A stretch of 63,546 nucleotides of DNA, the filler included, from Licmophora abbreviata (taxonomy: Eukaryota): NCBI GenBank assembly GCA_900291995.1. It is 11 parts of 11 records of this genome, joined end to end, with 100 filler letters (N's around TTAATTAATTAA, not from the genome) between each part and the next. Parts side by side here need not be neighbours in the genome. Positions count along the whole stretch, not along the records: positions 22,801 to 29,817 come from OLMU01002710.1; positions 29,918 to 36,602 come from OLMU01002711.1; 9 more parts are not named here. One strand, 5' to 3'. Below are positions 23,210 to 35,349 of this stretch, piece after piece. The notes under the pieces were generated by a model, which saw nothing but the letters and a program-made list of their open reading frames with translations, ran no database searches and had not been told where the DNA came from. Both the position numbers and the translations under genes were made by a program. How positions within the stretch are numbered: position 1 is the stretch's first letter; every line of letters starts with the position of its first letter.

Positions 23210-26200
23210 ATGATAGCATCAAGAGAGGCAACGAACCAGGGTGCAGCTATCGAACAGGGTGTATCTGTACCTGTATCTATAGACGAGTCCGAAGACATGC
23301 CAGAGGATTCCTCGTCGAGCGACGACAACGATCTTGTGAAAGACGCAGATGCGAATGATTCCCCAACCGACAAAGACGCAGGTGCTAGTGACAATAACAC
23401 TGCCCTTTCGTCGCAACAGACACAGCCCACCAATGTACTGCAACAGTTCTTAAAACAGTATGCAAGACACATGGCGCTTCATCCTTGGCGACACTTGCTG
23501 GGGGCCTTCCTGGCGGCCATGATTCTCTCTGTTATTGGGATCGTAGTGGGAAACTTCTCTGTCGCGGTCGACAATGATGGATGGACGAGTCGTGGTACGA
23601 CCATTGCTGATCGTAGTACACAACTTCAAATGGTCATCTATCATCACAGTGAACTCTTTTATAATGATGCGTTATGGGAAGAACTCATGATCAACGTGCA
23701 GTCCAAGGTCGATGAGGAGTCGAGAAGAAGGAGACTATTGAGTCGTGATTCGAATTCTTCACCTTCCTCCTTTCATATGTTTCAACACTACATTCGAGAT
23801 ACTCTGGACCGACGCATCCAAGAGAATGTAACCTTCGGTGGCGAACTCGAGGGATGCGATGTATCTTGGTACGGCGACACCGCGACGGAGGATGAGCACT
23901 TGTGGCCCGTTTGGAAGGCGAACGACCAGGACACTTCCATTTTGACGCCTCGCGCCATTCATGATATATGTGTGGCGGAACAGAATACCAAATCTGTCCT
24001 GGAAGAGGCGCAGCAGTGTTACGGGTGTCCAATGGGCGTTGCTTGCCGCCCTTGTCCATTGTCTTTTTCGCTCACTTGTCTGTCGGCGACTTTGACATTG
24101 CGCTTGATTGTGAGCAACTCGAGACTGCCTGGGCCAGTGTCGTGGATCAAGCCACAGCGGATCTGGAGGCGTGCGTACAAGCGATTGATGTCAACGTGAA
24201 GAAGTTGGAAGATGCGCTCCAAGACTCGTGTCCGTTTGGGTTTAGTCCCATTCAAGTGGACGACGCCTTTGGCCAGAATGGACAAAGCTTGTTGCAGTAC
24301 TCGTCGTCCATCTTTTCCACGGTCTATGAGAATGAAGCAGAGCCGCTCTACAATCTCGCGGGCGACTATGATCGCGCATCATGGAGCAGTGTCGTCAAGG
24401 GAGCCTACGACACTCAGAACGAAGACTTGATCGAGTGGTACTATGACGAACTCATCACTCGAGATATGGCACTGGCTCTTGGCAGTGCTTTTATTGTCAG
24501 TCTAGCAATGATTGTTCACACACGATCGCCATGGGTATCCATGTGGGGAGTCTTGCAGATTCTTCTGAGCTTTCCGCTCAGTTACTTCGTGTACAACCTC
24601 GTTGCAGGCATCGAGTTCTTTCCCTTTCTCAATTTCATTGGAATTTTTGTAGTATTTGCACTTGGCGCCGACGATGTCTTTGTTGCCGTCGACAAGTGGA
24701 AGAACACACGTTTGAAGCACCGAGGCGCTCCAGTGGAGGATATTGCTGCCGTGGCGTTGCCCGATGCCGCCACTTCTATGTTTCTCACGACGGTACGTAT
24801 TGGTCGATTTGCTTTTGTGTGGTTTGTGTTTGTGAACCTTGCGATGGCGACGACTGCCACCGGTCTGTCCATAGCTCATGCAGTGCTTGTGTGTATTTTA
24901 ATACATGTGTAGATCACGACGGCGGTTGCTTTCTTCGGGACTGCCATTTGTCCTGTCGCACCCTTGAAGGCGTTCGCGCTATTTTGCGGACTGCTCGTCG
25001 TCTTTGACTACCTTATGTGCTGCTTCCTTGTGTTTCCGGCGCTTTGCATTTACGACAACTGGAGGGAAGCCGGAAGCCGAAACTGCTGCGTATCGTGTCA
25101 CTGTTGCCGGAGCATGGAGGCTGGTGATGATGAAGAGGGGTTTGGAGAAGAACTCGACATTCACAGCGACCCAAGTCGATGGAGTCTTATCCATCGGATT
25201 CTTTTGAAACTCTACGATTGGATTCATTTTCTTCGTTGGGGTCTTCTTGTTGCGATTGCTATTGGGGTAGCACTTTCCATCCTTGTTGCGACAAACATGG
25301 AACTCCCCGACTCGAACGATGTGAGATTGATGGAACCTGAAGACAGTCAATATGAACAGAACTACCGGTGGCGATTGAGCCTGCTTTCCGACGTGTTGGA
25401 TAAGCAGGTTGGGAACCAGGCTGGTGTCATTTGGGGTTCACATCCAGCGGACACTGGTGATCACTGGAACCCTGCAACGTGGACGCAGCTAGTGCTCGAT
25501 GACGACTTTGATCCCTCTCCAGAAGCAGCGCAGGTGAGAGCATTGTGATGTTCGCTTTTGCTTGATCAACTGCGTGTGGTGCTGTACGTGGACACCTGCC
25601 AACTCTCGCCAACGTGTTTTTCTGTGTATTCACCTCAGGAACAACTTGTCACATTTTGCGACCCGTTTTTTGAGAACGACTTTGCCGAAAAGCTCACCGA
25701 GAACTACGAATGTTCGATCAACTCGTTCGATTCTTGGTTGCAAGATGAGTCCGTGTCGGCCTCTCCATCCGAGGCCTATACTTCAAACTGCAGTGGTGCC
25801 ACGGGTCTTCCAATGGCGCCCGAGAGCTTTCATCCCTGCTTGATTGCCTGGAGTCGTCTCGAAGGCGACGACCGCGTGCTCCAGCTTGACGGGAGAGTCC
25901 GCATTATTTTCTTTCAGTTCAGGAGTCAGGTCCGTTACGATAGTCCGTACGACAAGCTTGACGATGCATGGAACGCCATTGAGTCCTGGATCGATAGTCG
26001 GATGCGATGCGCCGGACGACGTAAAAAGAGTGTATTTCTCGTCGGACGATTTCTGGTGGTACGATACGAACGGGAGCATGCTCAGCACTGCGTATGCAGC
26101 TGCAGGAATTGCTATGGGAGCGGCCGCTGCGGTGGTTCTGCTGTCTACTCGCTCGTTCGTCATCAGTTTGTTCAGTATTCTTACGATTGGTTTCATTCTT

Positions 26201-26719
26201 ACCAGTGTGACTGCGATCCTTGTCGGTGTGGGATGGTCGCTTGGTTTCCTGGAGAGTATCTGCTTCGCGATCCTCATTGGTGTGAGTGTCGACTTTGTAA
26301 TCCATCTCGGCCATTCCTATTCGTATCTCCCCGGCGATGTGAATCGACACGACCGCACCAAGTATGCGTTGATTTCAATGGGGCCCAGCCTTCTCGCTGC
26401 AGCTTTCACTACAATTTGCAGCGCAGCCATTATGTTCTTCTGCATTATCACTTTCTTCACCAAGTTCGCCACGATTCTCTTCTTTACGATCCTCATGGCA
26501 ACTTGCGGGTCATTTATCATCTTCATTACGCTCGCGGACTGCTTTGGCCCGTCGCAGCCAACTTGGCTGGTCGACAAGATGGTAGAGAAGATACGCAGGA
26601 TGTTTTGCGGGCGTCGTACGCGCGGCGCAGACGTGGAAGCGCCAGGGGATAGCGATACACTGAATGATGATGATGCCCGCGCTGACGACACGCCGAAAGC
26701 GATTGAAACTGAAGATTAG
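23210..26719 (+). CDS. Patched/Dispatched-family RND membrane protein with a sterol-sensing domain; introns 24793-24912 and 25534-25638; apparent frameshifts near 24030 and 26005
   Basis: 1+5+1+5 TM layout with two Cys-containing loops. Motifs include FPFLNFIGIFVVFALGADDVFVAVDKWK (GxDD), MFLTT|ITTAVAF and ILIGVSVDFVIHLGHSY. Confidence 0.85.
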
Positions 26720-27766
26720 GTTTGAGATAACGATAGCCTGAAGGAGGTGATGGCTCTCTCGTTAATAGTTACGCCGAATATTACCCGTGTAGCTCAATGC
26801 CATGGGCTGTCTCGTACAACATAGAAGGTGAGGTCTCTAGCTAAAGAATACATTGGATGCTCTGAGTTTGTGTATTCGTAGTGATCTGAGATCCCTAGCT
26901 ATCGTATACTAACGGGCCCGTGCCACTCTTGCTAGCGCTTTCCGGTGCCAGTACCGGGTAGCTTGGAATGGTGTTCCCAGCCCGTCGCTAGCTAGAGAGC
27001 GCACTCTAGCACTATGATACTAGTAGTAGTGGTGGTAGTAATTTTTTCCGAAGCACAAACGTAGTCTAGTAGACTAAGTCAACCGGTATCTATCCGTACC
27101 AGGTGGTCAAGGCCGGCCGCACTTTTCATAGTATGGTAGAGTATAGTGAATGTCACGGCATCCATCGCGACACTCGCTTACCGGCCCCATGTGCCAGGTG
27201 TGGATGAACATGGCGACTCCGATGCAAGTTGTAGACTATTGTAGTCTGGGCCATAATGTTATGATGGAGTTGTGACTAGCATGGCACTCCGTTGCGTAAA
27301 TGTACGACTCCGTGTTGATTTCTCATAATAGCCCCTACAGCATTGCAGTACATCGTATATACTTTGCTACTGTCGCGAGCCGGCTCAAATCAACCGAGAG
27401 GACATTTTCGGTGAGCCAGCGTGCCTTCGGAAAGAAATTTCGCCGCTTCCTGAGAGTTCACGAGTACAGCAACTTATTTATGATGGACATCATTTTTTGT
27501 CAAACTTTGGCATTTTGTATGAAAACATTATCGAAAAGTCTTCGAGGGCTTAAGGTATCGTATAAATACTTTTGGAGTGGCAAATATTATTTAACGACTC
27601 CACACCATTGACTGAGAAATCACCAACACGGAACAAAGAATGAGGCCTTAAATTTCATCCAAGACTCTTCAACGCGCCTCCAAGCACCACTCTTTTGTAC
27701 ACAACAACGTTCGTGTCGACATACGCATTTGGACATTTGCGTTGTACGCAACGAGTATCGAGACCA

Positions 27767-29216
27767 ATGTCTACGCCCGAGAGTGGCAAGAACACCCCTC
27801 CCACCGGTAGGACGTTCCACGACCTTGGCGCGACGAATTCGTCCAACGCCAGGTTCGACAGTGTCCCGGAGCGACTTGAAATGAACCCACCTCAAAATGT
27901 CGACTCCATCCCCAAGCCTCCTCCCGGTAAGGACAAGAACCCTCCCACCGGTGGCTCTAAGCTACTCGCTGCATCGGCTCTAACCAGCCTTGTCAAGCCC
28001 GCTTCAGCTGCCGCAGGTCTGTCCCCCAAGTCTGAACAAGGCGAGCAGGACGACGGCGAATTCGTTATCCCACAACGGTTCACAAAGTCGGGTCGCAGAA
28101 AGGCGACTCCGTTTCCTCTCAAGGTACGTCATTTTTCGTCCTCTTGCGCGACCCCCTCGCTGGTTTCTATTGTTCGCAGTAATTGTAGTCTCACCCCTCC
28201 TACTCCCTTTACAGCTTATGAAGGTGTTGTCGACCAAGGAATACCAAGACATCATAAACTGGCTCCCAAATGGCAAGGCTTTCACTGTTTTCAGACCCAA
28301 GGCCTTTGTCAATGAAGTACTCCACAAGGAATTCAAGCAGGCCAAGTTCTCCAGCTTCACTCGCAAGCTGCATCGGTGGGGCTTTCAGCGTCACTTGCGA
28401 GGACCGGAGTCGGGAGCATTCTTCCACGAGATGTTTCTACGCGACCGACCAGATCTCGTCGAGCAGATGACCTGTCACCCCGGTAAGGCCGCTGATGTCA
28501 TTCCGCACACCCACCCAGGCGGCATGGCGTTGGCACAGAGTTCCGCCCTTCGCGAACCGATGGGTGGCTACCACTTTGGAAATCCCCTCCTATCCCAGCA
28601 TTTCGCAGGTTCCGTCGCCGCTGGGCTGCCGATGCAATCCCAACACACTGACTTTCGCCAGCCGACCGACTACTTGACGGAGCTTCGAAGGCAGCAGCAG
28701 CATCAACAACAAATGCATCAACAACAGCTCTTGCACGCACGGGCTACTGCGGGCAGTCTTCCTCTAGGCGGGGGCGAGTCCGCTGTGGTCATGCCAAACT
28801 CCGGCATGAGCCCTGATCGACCCAACTGGAATGCCGCCATTGAAGCCGAGGTATCGCGGCGCCTCCGGGAACGGGTGCATGCCGCCTCCATGTCTCGCCA
28901 GGCATTGGCCGCCATGCAACAACAGCAGCACGTACCAAGGCAGCCGATGAGCCCTCCCATGCAGTCGTGGAATGCCGGAGGAGTGCCTCCGTCCGTTGCT
29001 GCCGGACGGCATATGGCCTACAATTATCCAATGGTCAATCCCTCCCGCTCTTCTCATGCGGCTCTTCGAGAGGCGACGCAGCGTTCTATGGGCGTTCGCA
29101 TGTCACCGTCGCTGCCAGGAGCAAGAAGAAGGTCTGGAAGCGCTGGTAGTGGTGGTCGTTACGAAGGGGAACTTCAGCAGTCGGGGGAATTCGAGGGTCG
29201 ATCTGAAGACGTGTAA
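27767..29216 (+). CDS. Heat-shock-factor (HSF)-type DNA-binding transcription factor; intron 28124-28214
   Basis: HSF domain PFPLK|LMKVL...IINWLPNGKAF...FKQAKFSSFTRKLHRWGF...FFHEMFLRD, followed by a Gln/Met-rich low-complexity region. Confidence 0.92.
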
Positions 29217-29532
29217 ACACTCGGGGCTCGGGAAATGATTCAATGCACTTTGTACTGGTTAGATGTGCAATTAGTAGCTGTCGCCAACGCTGCTACGAAT
29301 TGTCCTCGATATCTTAACTTCATTTAGTTCTTGTCCTGAGCACTCCGTTTTGTTATTATAGAGTCTATCAAGTAGTAGTGAGGACACTATACCTGGTGCG
29401 TAGCTAGTACGCGACTCTATCGTTTCGCATCAGCTACAATAGAAATTGAGCTGAGTCCGTCCATTGATCGTCGGCCATCGCGTGACGGGAGGAGAATGAC
29501 GCTTGATCTAGTCCCTGTCCTCTAAGCTAACA

Positions 29533-30256
29533 GAGAGCGCTCGAAAAGAAGCAAGATTCATCAAGATTCGGTCTACCGTGGTACAATGAAAAATCTAGCA
29601 CGTGCTCCACAATAGACGAGCTCTATTTTGGAGCTCGTGAAATTGGCGTAAGATTTTGACGCGTCGCGGGAGAGGTGCGACGAAGATGATGGCAGAAACA
29701 ACATCTCCACCTGTTCTACCATGGCGGTCGGTTATGTCTCTTGGATGCTTGAGGCATGCTTTAAGGGTCACTAAGCTCCCATCTCTATACAGTCGGGGAT
29801 ATCTTCTCAAAATGGAANNNNNNNNNNNNNNNNNNNNNNNNNNNNNNNNNNNNNNNNNNNNTTAATTAATTAANNNNNNNNNNNNNNNNNNNNNNNNNNN
29901 NNNNNNNNNNNNNNNNNGAGAGCGCTCGAAAGAAGCAAGATTCATCAAGATTGATTCGGTCTACCGTGGTACAACGCTTCTTCCCGTGTCGACGCGCTGG
30001 TTTCGGTTGACTGTCCGACGAAAATCTAGCACGTGCTCCACAATTGACGAGCTCTATTTTGGAGCTCGTGAAATTGGCGTAAGATTTTGACGCGTCGCGG
30101 GAGAGCTGCGACGAAGATGATGGCAGAAACATGTAAACAACACCTCCACCTGTTCTACCATGGCGGTCGGTTATGTCTCTTGGATGCTTGAGGCATGATT
30201 TAAGGGTCACTAAGCTCCCATCTCTATACAGTCGGGGATATCTTCTCAAAATGGAA
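29533..30256 (+). repeat. Diverged direct duplicate flanking an assembly gap (29533-29817 vs 29918-30256), probably two haplotypes of the SLX1 upstream region
   Basis: The two copies align end to end. The right copy has extra segments of about 43, 8 and 4 nt and a few substitutions, and both end at the SLX1 start ATGGAA. Confidence 0.85.
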
Positions 30257-31582
30257 GCCGAAAACGAAGAATTGACGAAGGTAGACTCAATCGAAAGTAC
30301 GGCCGCAATGTCTTCGCGGTTCCACTGCTATCTACTGCGGTCGCTAGATAGCCGGCACCCACAGAAAACCTATGTCGGCTTCACGGTGAGGAAAACTCAT
30401 ATCAGTGCACCATCTAGTCCATGGATGTGCTAACCCTGTTTTCGTTCGTTTGTCTTCCTATCGGTGCCTTGTACAGGTGGATCCGAAAAGACGGCTGCGC
30501 CAACACAATGGCGAGCTAAAGAATGGAGGGGCGCACCGCACACGACGGTCCGGACGTCCTTGGCACTTCACTGCGATCGTACATGGATTCCCTAGCAAAA
30601 TATCGGCGCTGCAGTTCGAATGGGCGTGGCAGCACTGTGGGAAGTCGCTCTGCGTGAGGAACGCTATTGGAGATCCGGATGCAAGAAAGCTGTCGGGGAA
30701 ACGTGGGCCGAAGGGAGCCTTGACGATCCTGAAAACGCTCGTTCAGGAATGCGGGGAGCTTTATCATCATGTCCCATTGACTGTTTACTTCTTGGAGCAG
30801 AGCTATAAATCCGTTTTTGACCAGATTGAGACCGAACCTTCAGGGACTGAGCTTCCGCCTGGTGTCCGCAGCGTGGTGATCGAGTCGGTCGAGGAGATGC
30901 CGTTCTGGAAGGATCGACAGCGGGGTGCGTCCAAGCAAGAGAAGATACAGAAGAAGGCCCCAATGACAGAGGTGCATCTCCCTCCAAAAGTGTGTTGCTC
31001 CCTTTGTTTCCGGCCCATTGACGAGGACGACCTCAAGTACAATTGCACCAAGTGTTTGAAGACTTTTCACGACATCTGTGTCGAAGTGGAAATGGATGGC
31101 CGAGACGATGGCTCGGAGCATGACACACAATGGTAAATTTGCCGCATGCTCGTCGAAAACACTTTGCTTTCATTGCACAGCTCAATGAGTGTTATCTTTG
31201 CTTTCTTTCGATTTCCCACATCAGGCCCTGTCCAATTTGTGTCGACGACCGACAACTCAAGCCTGCCGATGTGGAGGCAGGCATGTCTGAGGGGTCGACC
31301 GATTGGGGCCCGCCTCGCAGGTTTGCGTCGCCCGATTTTGCTGACAGTACGGAAGAGTCGAGCATCGGCTTATCGAGTACAGACACTTTGGACAATGACG
31401 ACGACAGTGATGACGATTCGTGCCGACGCTGCACCATTGAGACGATACCAGCTACTCGAGAAAACACTCGTCGACCTTCTCATCCCGAGATCATTGACTT
31501 GACAGAAGCTCTCGGCGAAGCCACCTCGGCAGCAAGCCTCTCGATATCTCTCGACGTTATCGATCTCAGCGAGTCTCCATAG
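30251..31582 (+). CDS. SLX1: Structure-specific endonuclease subunit SLX1 (GIY-YIG + PHD/RING-like finger); introns 30386-30476 and 31133-31224
   Basis: FHCYLLRS...[24 protein letters not shown]...RPW...[10 protein letters not shown], then zinc finger CSLC...CTKC..FH..C...W|PCPIC and SIM-like EIIDLT and VIDLS. An alternative start is possible at 30308. Confidence 0.9.
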
Positions 31583-31654
31583 TGCAACGAGGCTTAAACT
31601 AGTTTCAGTTTTATCATGTATAGCATAGCGAACAACAAAGGAAGCAATTGGCGT

Positions 31655-33541
31655 CTATCTTTTTCGGTTTCCTGTTTTCGTCTTGTTCATGGAGCGTTTC
31701 TTATCTTTCTTCTTGATCTTCGTCAGCCGTTTCTCGCTGCGTGCTTCCTTGACAGCTTTTTTGTTGGCCTTTCGTTCAACACGTTTGGTCTCCTTCTCAG
31801 CCCGTAGCTCATCTGGAGTCTTGGCGACCTTGATGTATATTTCAGACTCGGAATCTATCGATGAATCGCCGTCGGATGCGTCGGAGTCCATGGATCCGCC
31901 TGATGCGTCTCCCTCTATTGCAATATCAAAAGCTTCCTGAAAGCCCGCTGAGTTCTCGTCAAACCGGACCTGCCTATTGGCTCCAACCTCATCATGCTCA
32001 CTCTCACTGGTCGTCCCACCCCATGCGATACGCTGGATAGACTTCGTCATGACGTCGTCTCTTCCTGTCTTTTTGGCAACCGCCTCCACGACAGAAGTAT
32101 TGCCGGTCATGGCTGCTACAGCATGTGCATAGGTTTCTTCGACCTCGCCGTGCTCGAGCTTTCGAATCTCGTGTTCGGCGACTTGGTTGAGACTTCTTGG
32201 GAGAAACTGACTCATAAACACCGCTTCATCGACAGCTTCCCGCTGCGCTTCCTCTCTTCTCGTCACTTCAGATTCGTTATCAAGTCTTTCCGCCGTCTGG
32301 ACGACGTGTTTCATTATGGAATCCAAAAGATTCGACTCGGCCAGTTCGAGATCGACAGCATCCTCACCATGACTATCCAAAGGCATGGTGACGAATTCGA
32401 ATAGTTGTCGTGTTGTCATGACATGCAGTCCCCCCACTTTTCGAAAGAAGTCGTTCACATTGGATGCATCCTTTCTCAAAAAGTCTAGCGCCGATGGGTG
32501 ATCTGTTTCGACGCTTTGGCTTACATCAATCACGTACACCTGACTGTTGTGCCACAAGAGGTTGTATTCGCTCAAATCACCATGTACAAGTCGACATTGC
32601 TGGTACATGTGTCGCATAATGAGTATTGACTGCACATATGCTTCTCTCATTCGCCGTTCGCTCAAAGTTGCATCTTTGAGTCGCGGCGACGGCCAACCGC
32701 CACTGCCAAGAAACTCCATAACCAATACGTGCGACTTGAGCAAAACGGGACATGGACAAGGAATACCACTTTTATAGAGTCGCTTGTAGTTTCGGAGTTC
32801 TTTTTCGGCCCAAACTTGTACCATTTTGCGTGGATTGCTCTTGCAATAGCCCTTCCGCCATCGATGTTCGCCTGCTACGTACTTGTCGCGATCCTTGAAA
32901 ACCAGAATAGAGGTCTTGTAAATCTTGATTGCAAACTCCGTTATGTGAGCAGCTTCTGATGGAAGTGCTGGACCGGCAGTGGTATTGGAACCCGCCTTGG
33001 CGAAATAGACATTGGCTTCCTTTCCAGTGCTGAGACATCCGTCAATGACCGAGAGAAATCCGCTGCTCAGCAATCGAAAGAGCAAGAGTCGCGTACGGGG
33101 ATCAAGGCACTGTTCCGATGTAGCACGATCGTCTCGTCCCGTATGAGAAGTACGTTTGGACGATTCAATGTGTTGCATTTTGGTGACTGCGTTCGACACA
33201 GCGTGCGACAAGTTCATCTTGGACGACGAGGACATGGCCTTGCTAGCGTTGGAAGCGGTCGCGTTCAAAAGAGAGCCTCCTCCGCCCATGAGTTCGTCGT
33301 GCATGTCTTCATAGTACAGATCGTCGTCGTATTGATCATCGATGTATTCTTGGTCCATTTTATCACCCAAGGCGCTCTTGTTTTGCTCACTCGAGTCGTT
33401 GATTTTCGCCTCGTCTGCGAGTCGTTGCTGCTGCATCCGTGCCACGAACTTAGCCTCGTCGTTTTCTTCTTCTGGGTCCTCAAACTGGCCAGCAAGGGGC
33501 ATCATGGAATCACTCTTGGACGCAGCGCCCATCGTTGACAT
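31655..33541 (-). CDS. RIO1: Serine/threonine-protein kinase RIO1
   Basis: Motifs DRATSEQCLDPRT, STGKEANVY, AIKIYKTSILVFKDRDKYV, WAEKE, LVHGDLSEYN and IDVSQSVE, with a Lys-rich C-terminus. Confidence 0.95.
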   Translation of the reverse strand: MSTMGAASKSDSMMPLAGQFEDPEEENDEAKFVARMQQQRLADEAKINDSSEQNKSALGDKMDQEYIDDQYDDDLYYEDMHDELMGGGGSLLNATASNASKAMSSSSKMNLSHAVSNAVTKMQHIESSKRTSHTGRDDRATSEQCLDPRTRLLLFRLLSSGFLSVIDGCLSTGKEANVYFAKAGSNTTAGPALPSEAAHITEFAIKIYKTSILVFKDRDKYVAGEHRWRKGYCKSNPRKMVQVWAEKELRNYKRLYKSGIPCPCPVLLKSHVLVMEFLGSGGWPSPRLKDATLSERRMREAYVQSILIMRHMYQQCRLVHGDLSEYNLLWHNSQVYVIDVSQSVETDHPSALDFLRKDASNVNDFFRKVGGLHVMTTRQLFEFVTMPLDSHGEDAVDLELAESNLLDSIMKHVVQTAERLDNESEVTRREEAQREAVDEAVFMSQFLPRSLNQVAEHEIRKLEHGEVEETYAHAVAAMTGNTSVVEAVAKKTGRDDVMTKSIQRIAWGGTTSESEHDEVGANRQVRFDENSAGFQEAFDIAIEGDASGGSMDSDASDGDSSIDSESEIYIKVAKTPDELRAEKETKRVERKANKKAVKEARSEKRLTKIKKKDKKRSMNKTKTGNRKR

Positions 33542-33869
33542 GGTAGTTGTCCCTGACGGCTTGTTCGTGTCGTTCAACTTGGTTTTTTTCCTGAACCAGC
33601 GTCGTCGTTTCAAAGAACATGTTCAATGTATCAACATCGTGTGCTCGCCGAGACCTCTCGTTTGCTTTCGTGGTTGTCGGCGCGCCAATTTCAGTCACGT
33701 ATGAGCTGACGGTCAGACTCAAGACACGGATGACGTCAGTGGGCTACCTCTGTTTTCTTGTGGCGTTTAGGTGATCGTATCTTTCCAAAATTCAGAACAA
33801 CACTGAACTCTTGCATTCGCCGTCGCGGCTGTCTGCAGTCTCTCGTACCGGTATTATCGCATCAGAGCC

Positions 33870-35221
33870 ATGATTGGCGCTTCCTCAACGTATGACGTCC
33901 TTGTGATTGGAGGAGGAGTGGTTGGGCTTTCGGTCTTGCGATCAGCGACCTTGGCTGGCTGGAAATGTGCTTTGATCGAATCGAATCCAAATCTGTTGAC
34001 TGGCGCTCGGGGAGCAACAGTGGTATTGCCTGTACCGGTGTCGATGCATCGCCCGGCACATTGGAACGAGCTCTCATTCGCGATAGCATTTCGCAGTTAC
34101 GACCCTACTGTAGAGAGCATAACATACCAATACGACCGTGCGGGTCGTTGGTCTGTCAGTGGCCGTGGGATGTGGGGCAGACTGAAGACACATCGGATGC
34201 ACTGGCGGCTGTACTGGATGAATCCTGGGAAGCAGGGGACGCGCATGCCTCTAGATTGTCGCCAGGGGGAGTTTTGAACCTAGAACCCAACCTGGCTTCT
34301 TCCTGTTTGGGAGCGATCCACATTCCGGGAGAAGTCGTAGTCGATCCTTGGCTCTTGTCAGTGTCTTATGCCGTGCACGCACGTGAGAATGGTGCGGAAA
34401 TCTTCACAGACTTTTCGATGGATACGGAAAAGACTCTGTTTGATGAGGCTGAACAACACTGGACGTTATATCGCAAGGTTGATGACGAGATGACCCCCGC
34501 CTCATCATCTACCCTTCCATCATTTCTGAAAGCACGCGCCATTGTCAACGCTGCGGGGATACACGCTGATGTAGTCCAAGCATCACTGCTCTCGCTTGAT
34601 CATCCTCCGACGTGGGAGGCAAGACCACGGCGGGGCCAATATCGCATTTTTTCTTCTAGGGCAGAAACGAGAATTGACCATCCAATCCAGCCCGTTCCAA
34701 CGCAATTCTCAAAAGGCGTTTTCGTCTTTTCAACACTCTACGATCAGATTGTTGTAGGTCCGACTGCGCTCGATCAACAATCGCGAACTGATCGCACCGC
34801 GGACCCGCAGGTTGCGGAGTCCTTGACGGCACATGTACAACGCATCTTGCCAGAGCTCCAGCCTGATTCTGAATGTGTGGGTGAATATGTGGGGATTCGA
34901 CCGGGATCGAATCATAGAGATTATCAGGTGCATTTGTCGCCTCGCCATCGATGGATTTCCGCAGCGGGTATTCGCTCGACGGGATTGACGGCCAGTTTGG
35001 GGGTTGGACGACATATTGTGGACTTATTGCGTGCGGTATTAGCCATGCCAGAACCTCTTGGAGAAATTATTACAACTGCGATGCCAGATATCTCCGAACT
35101 AGTCGAGGAGTACCACTCTCGTTCTGATCAAAAAGTCACTATCCACGGGTATGAATACCTTGTGACGCATCCGTTGACGAGACTTGGATGGAAAGCTAAG
35201 ACTGGCCTTGCCGAGCCCTGA
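33870..35221 (+). CDS. FAD-dependent oxidoreductase (L-2-hydroxyglutarate oxidase / GlpA-like DAO family); 1-nt frameshift near 34006
   Basis: Rossmann motif YDVLVIGGGVVG. LTGASGSNSGI is restored by adding one base. Further motifs VNAAGIHAD, PRRGQY, SKGV, VGPTA, YVGIRP and GIRSTGLTASLG. Confidence 0.85.
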
Positions 35222-35349
35222 TTTTCTGATAATCAACGTTCTATCTACGTTTACAACACGCTACGATCTACCAATTTGTCGTCTACAGTGAGATGCGTAC
35301 ATCTACAAGCCGGTGGCGGCAAGGGATATTCTAGACCGATCGATGCAAT

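Noticed and set aside
23186..26719. Pseudogene call for the frameshifted genes (Patched-like, FAD oxidoreductase, small plastid protein, giant hydrolase)
   Set aside because: There are no in-frame stops or motif decay elsewhere in these genes. Isolated indels are better explained as assembly or heterozygosity artefacts until reads are checked.
26720..27766. 1-kb region upstream of the HSF gene with AGT/GGT triplet runs and many CTAG/GTAC words; considered as an ncRNA or autoregulatory HSE array
   Set aside because: I found no convincing array of three alternating nGAAn units, no long hairpin and no RNA-gene motif. It looks like ordinary promoter or intergenic sequence.
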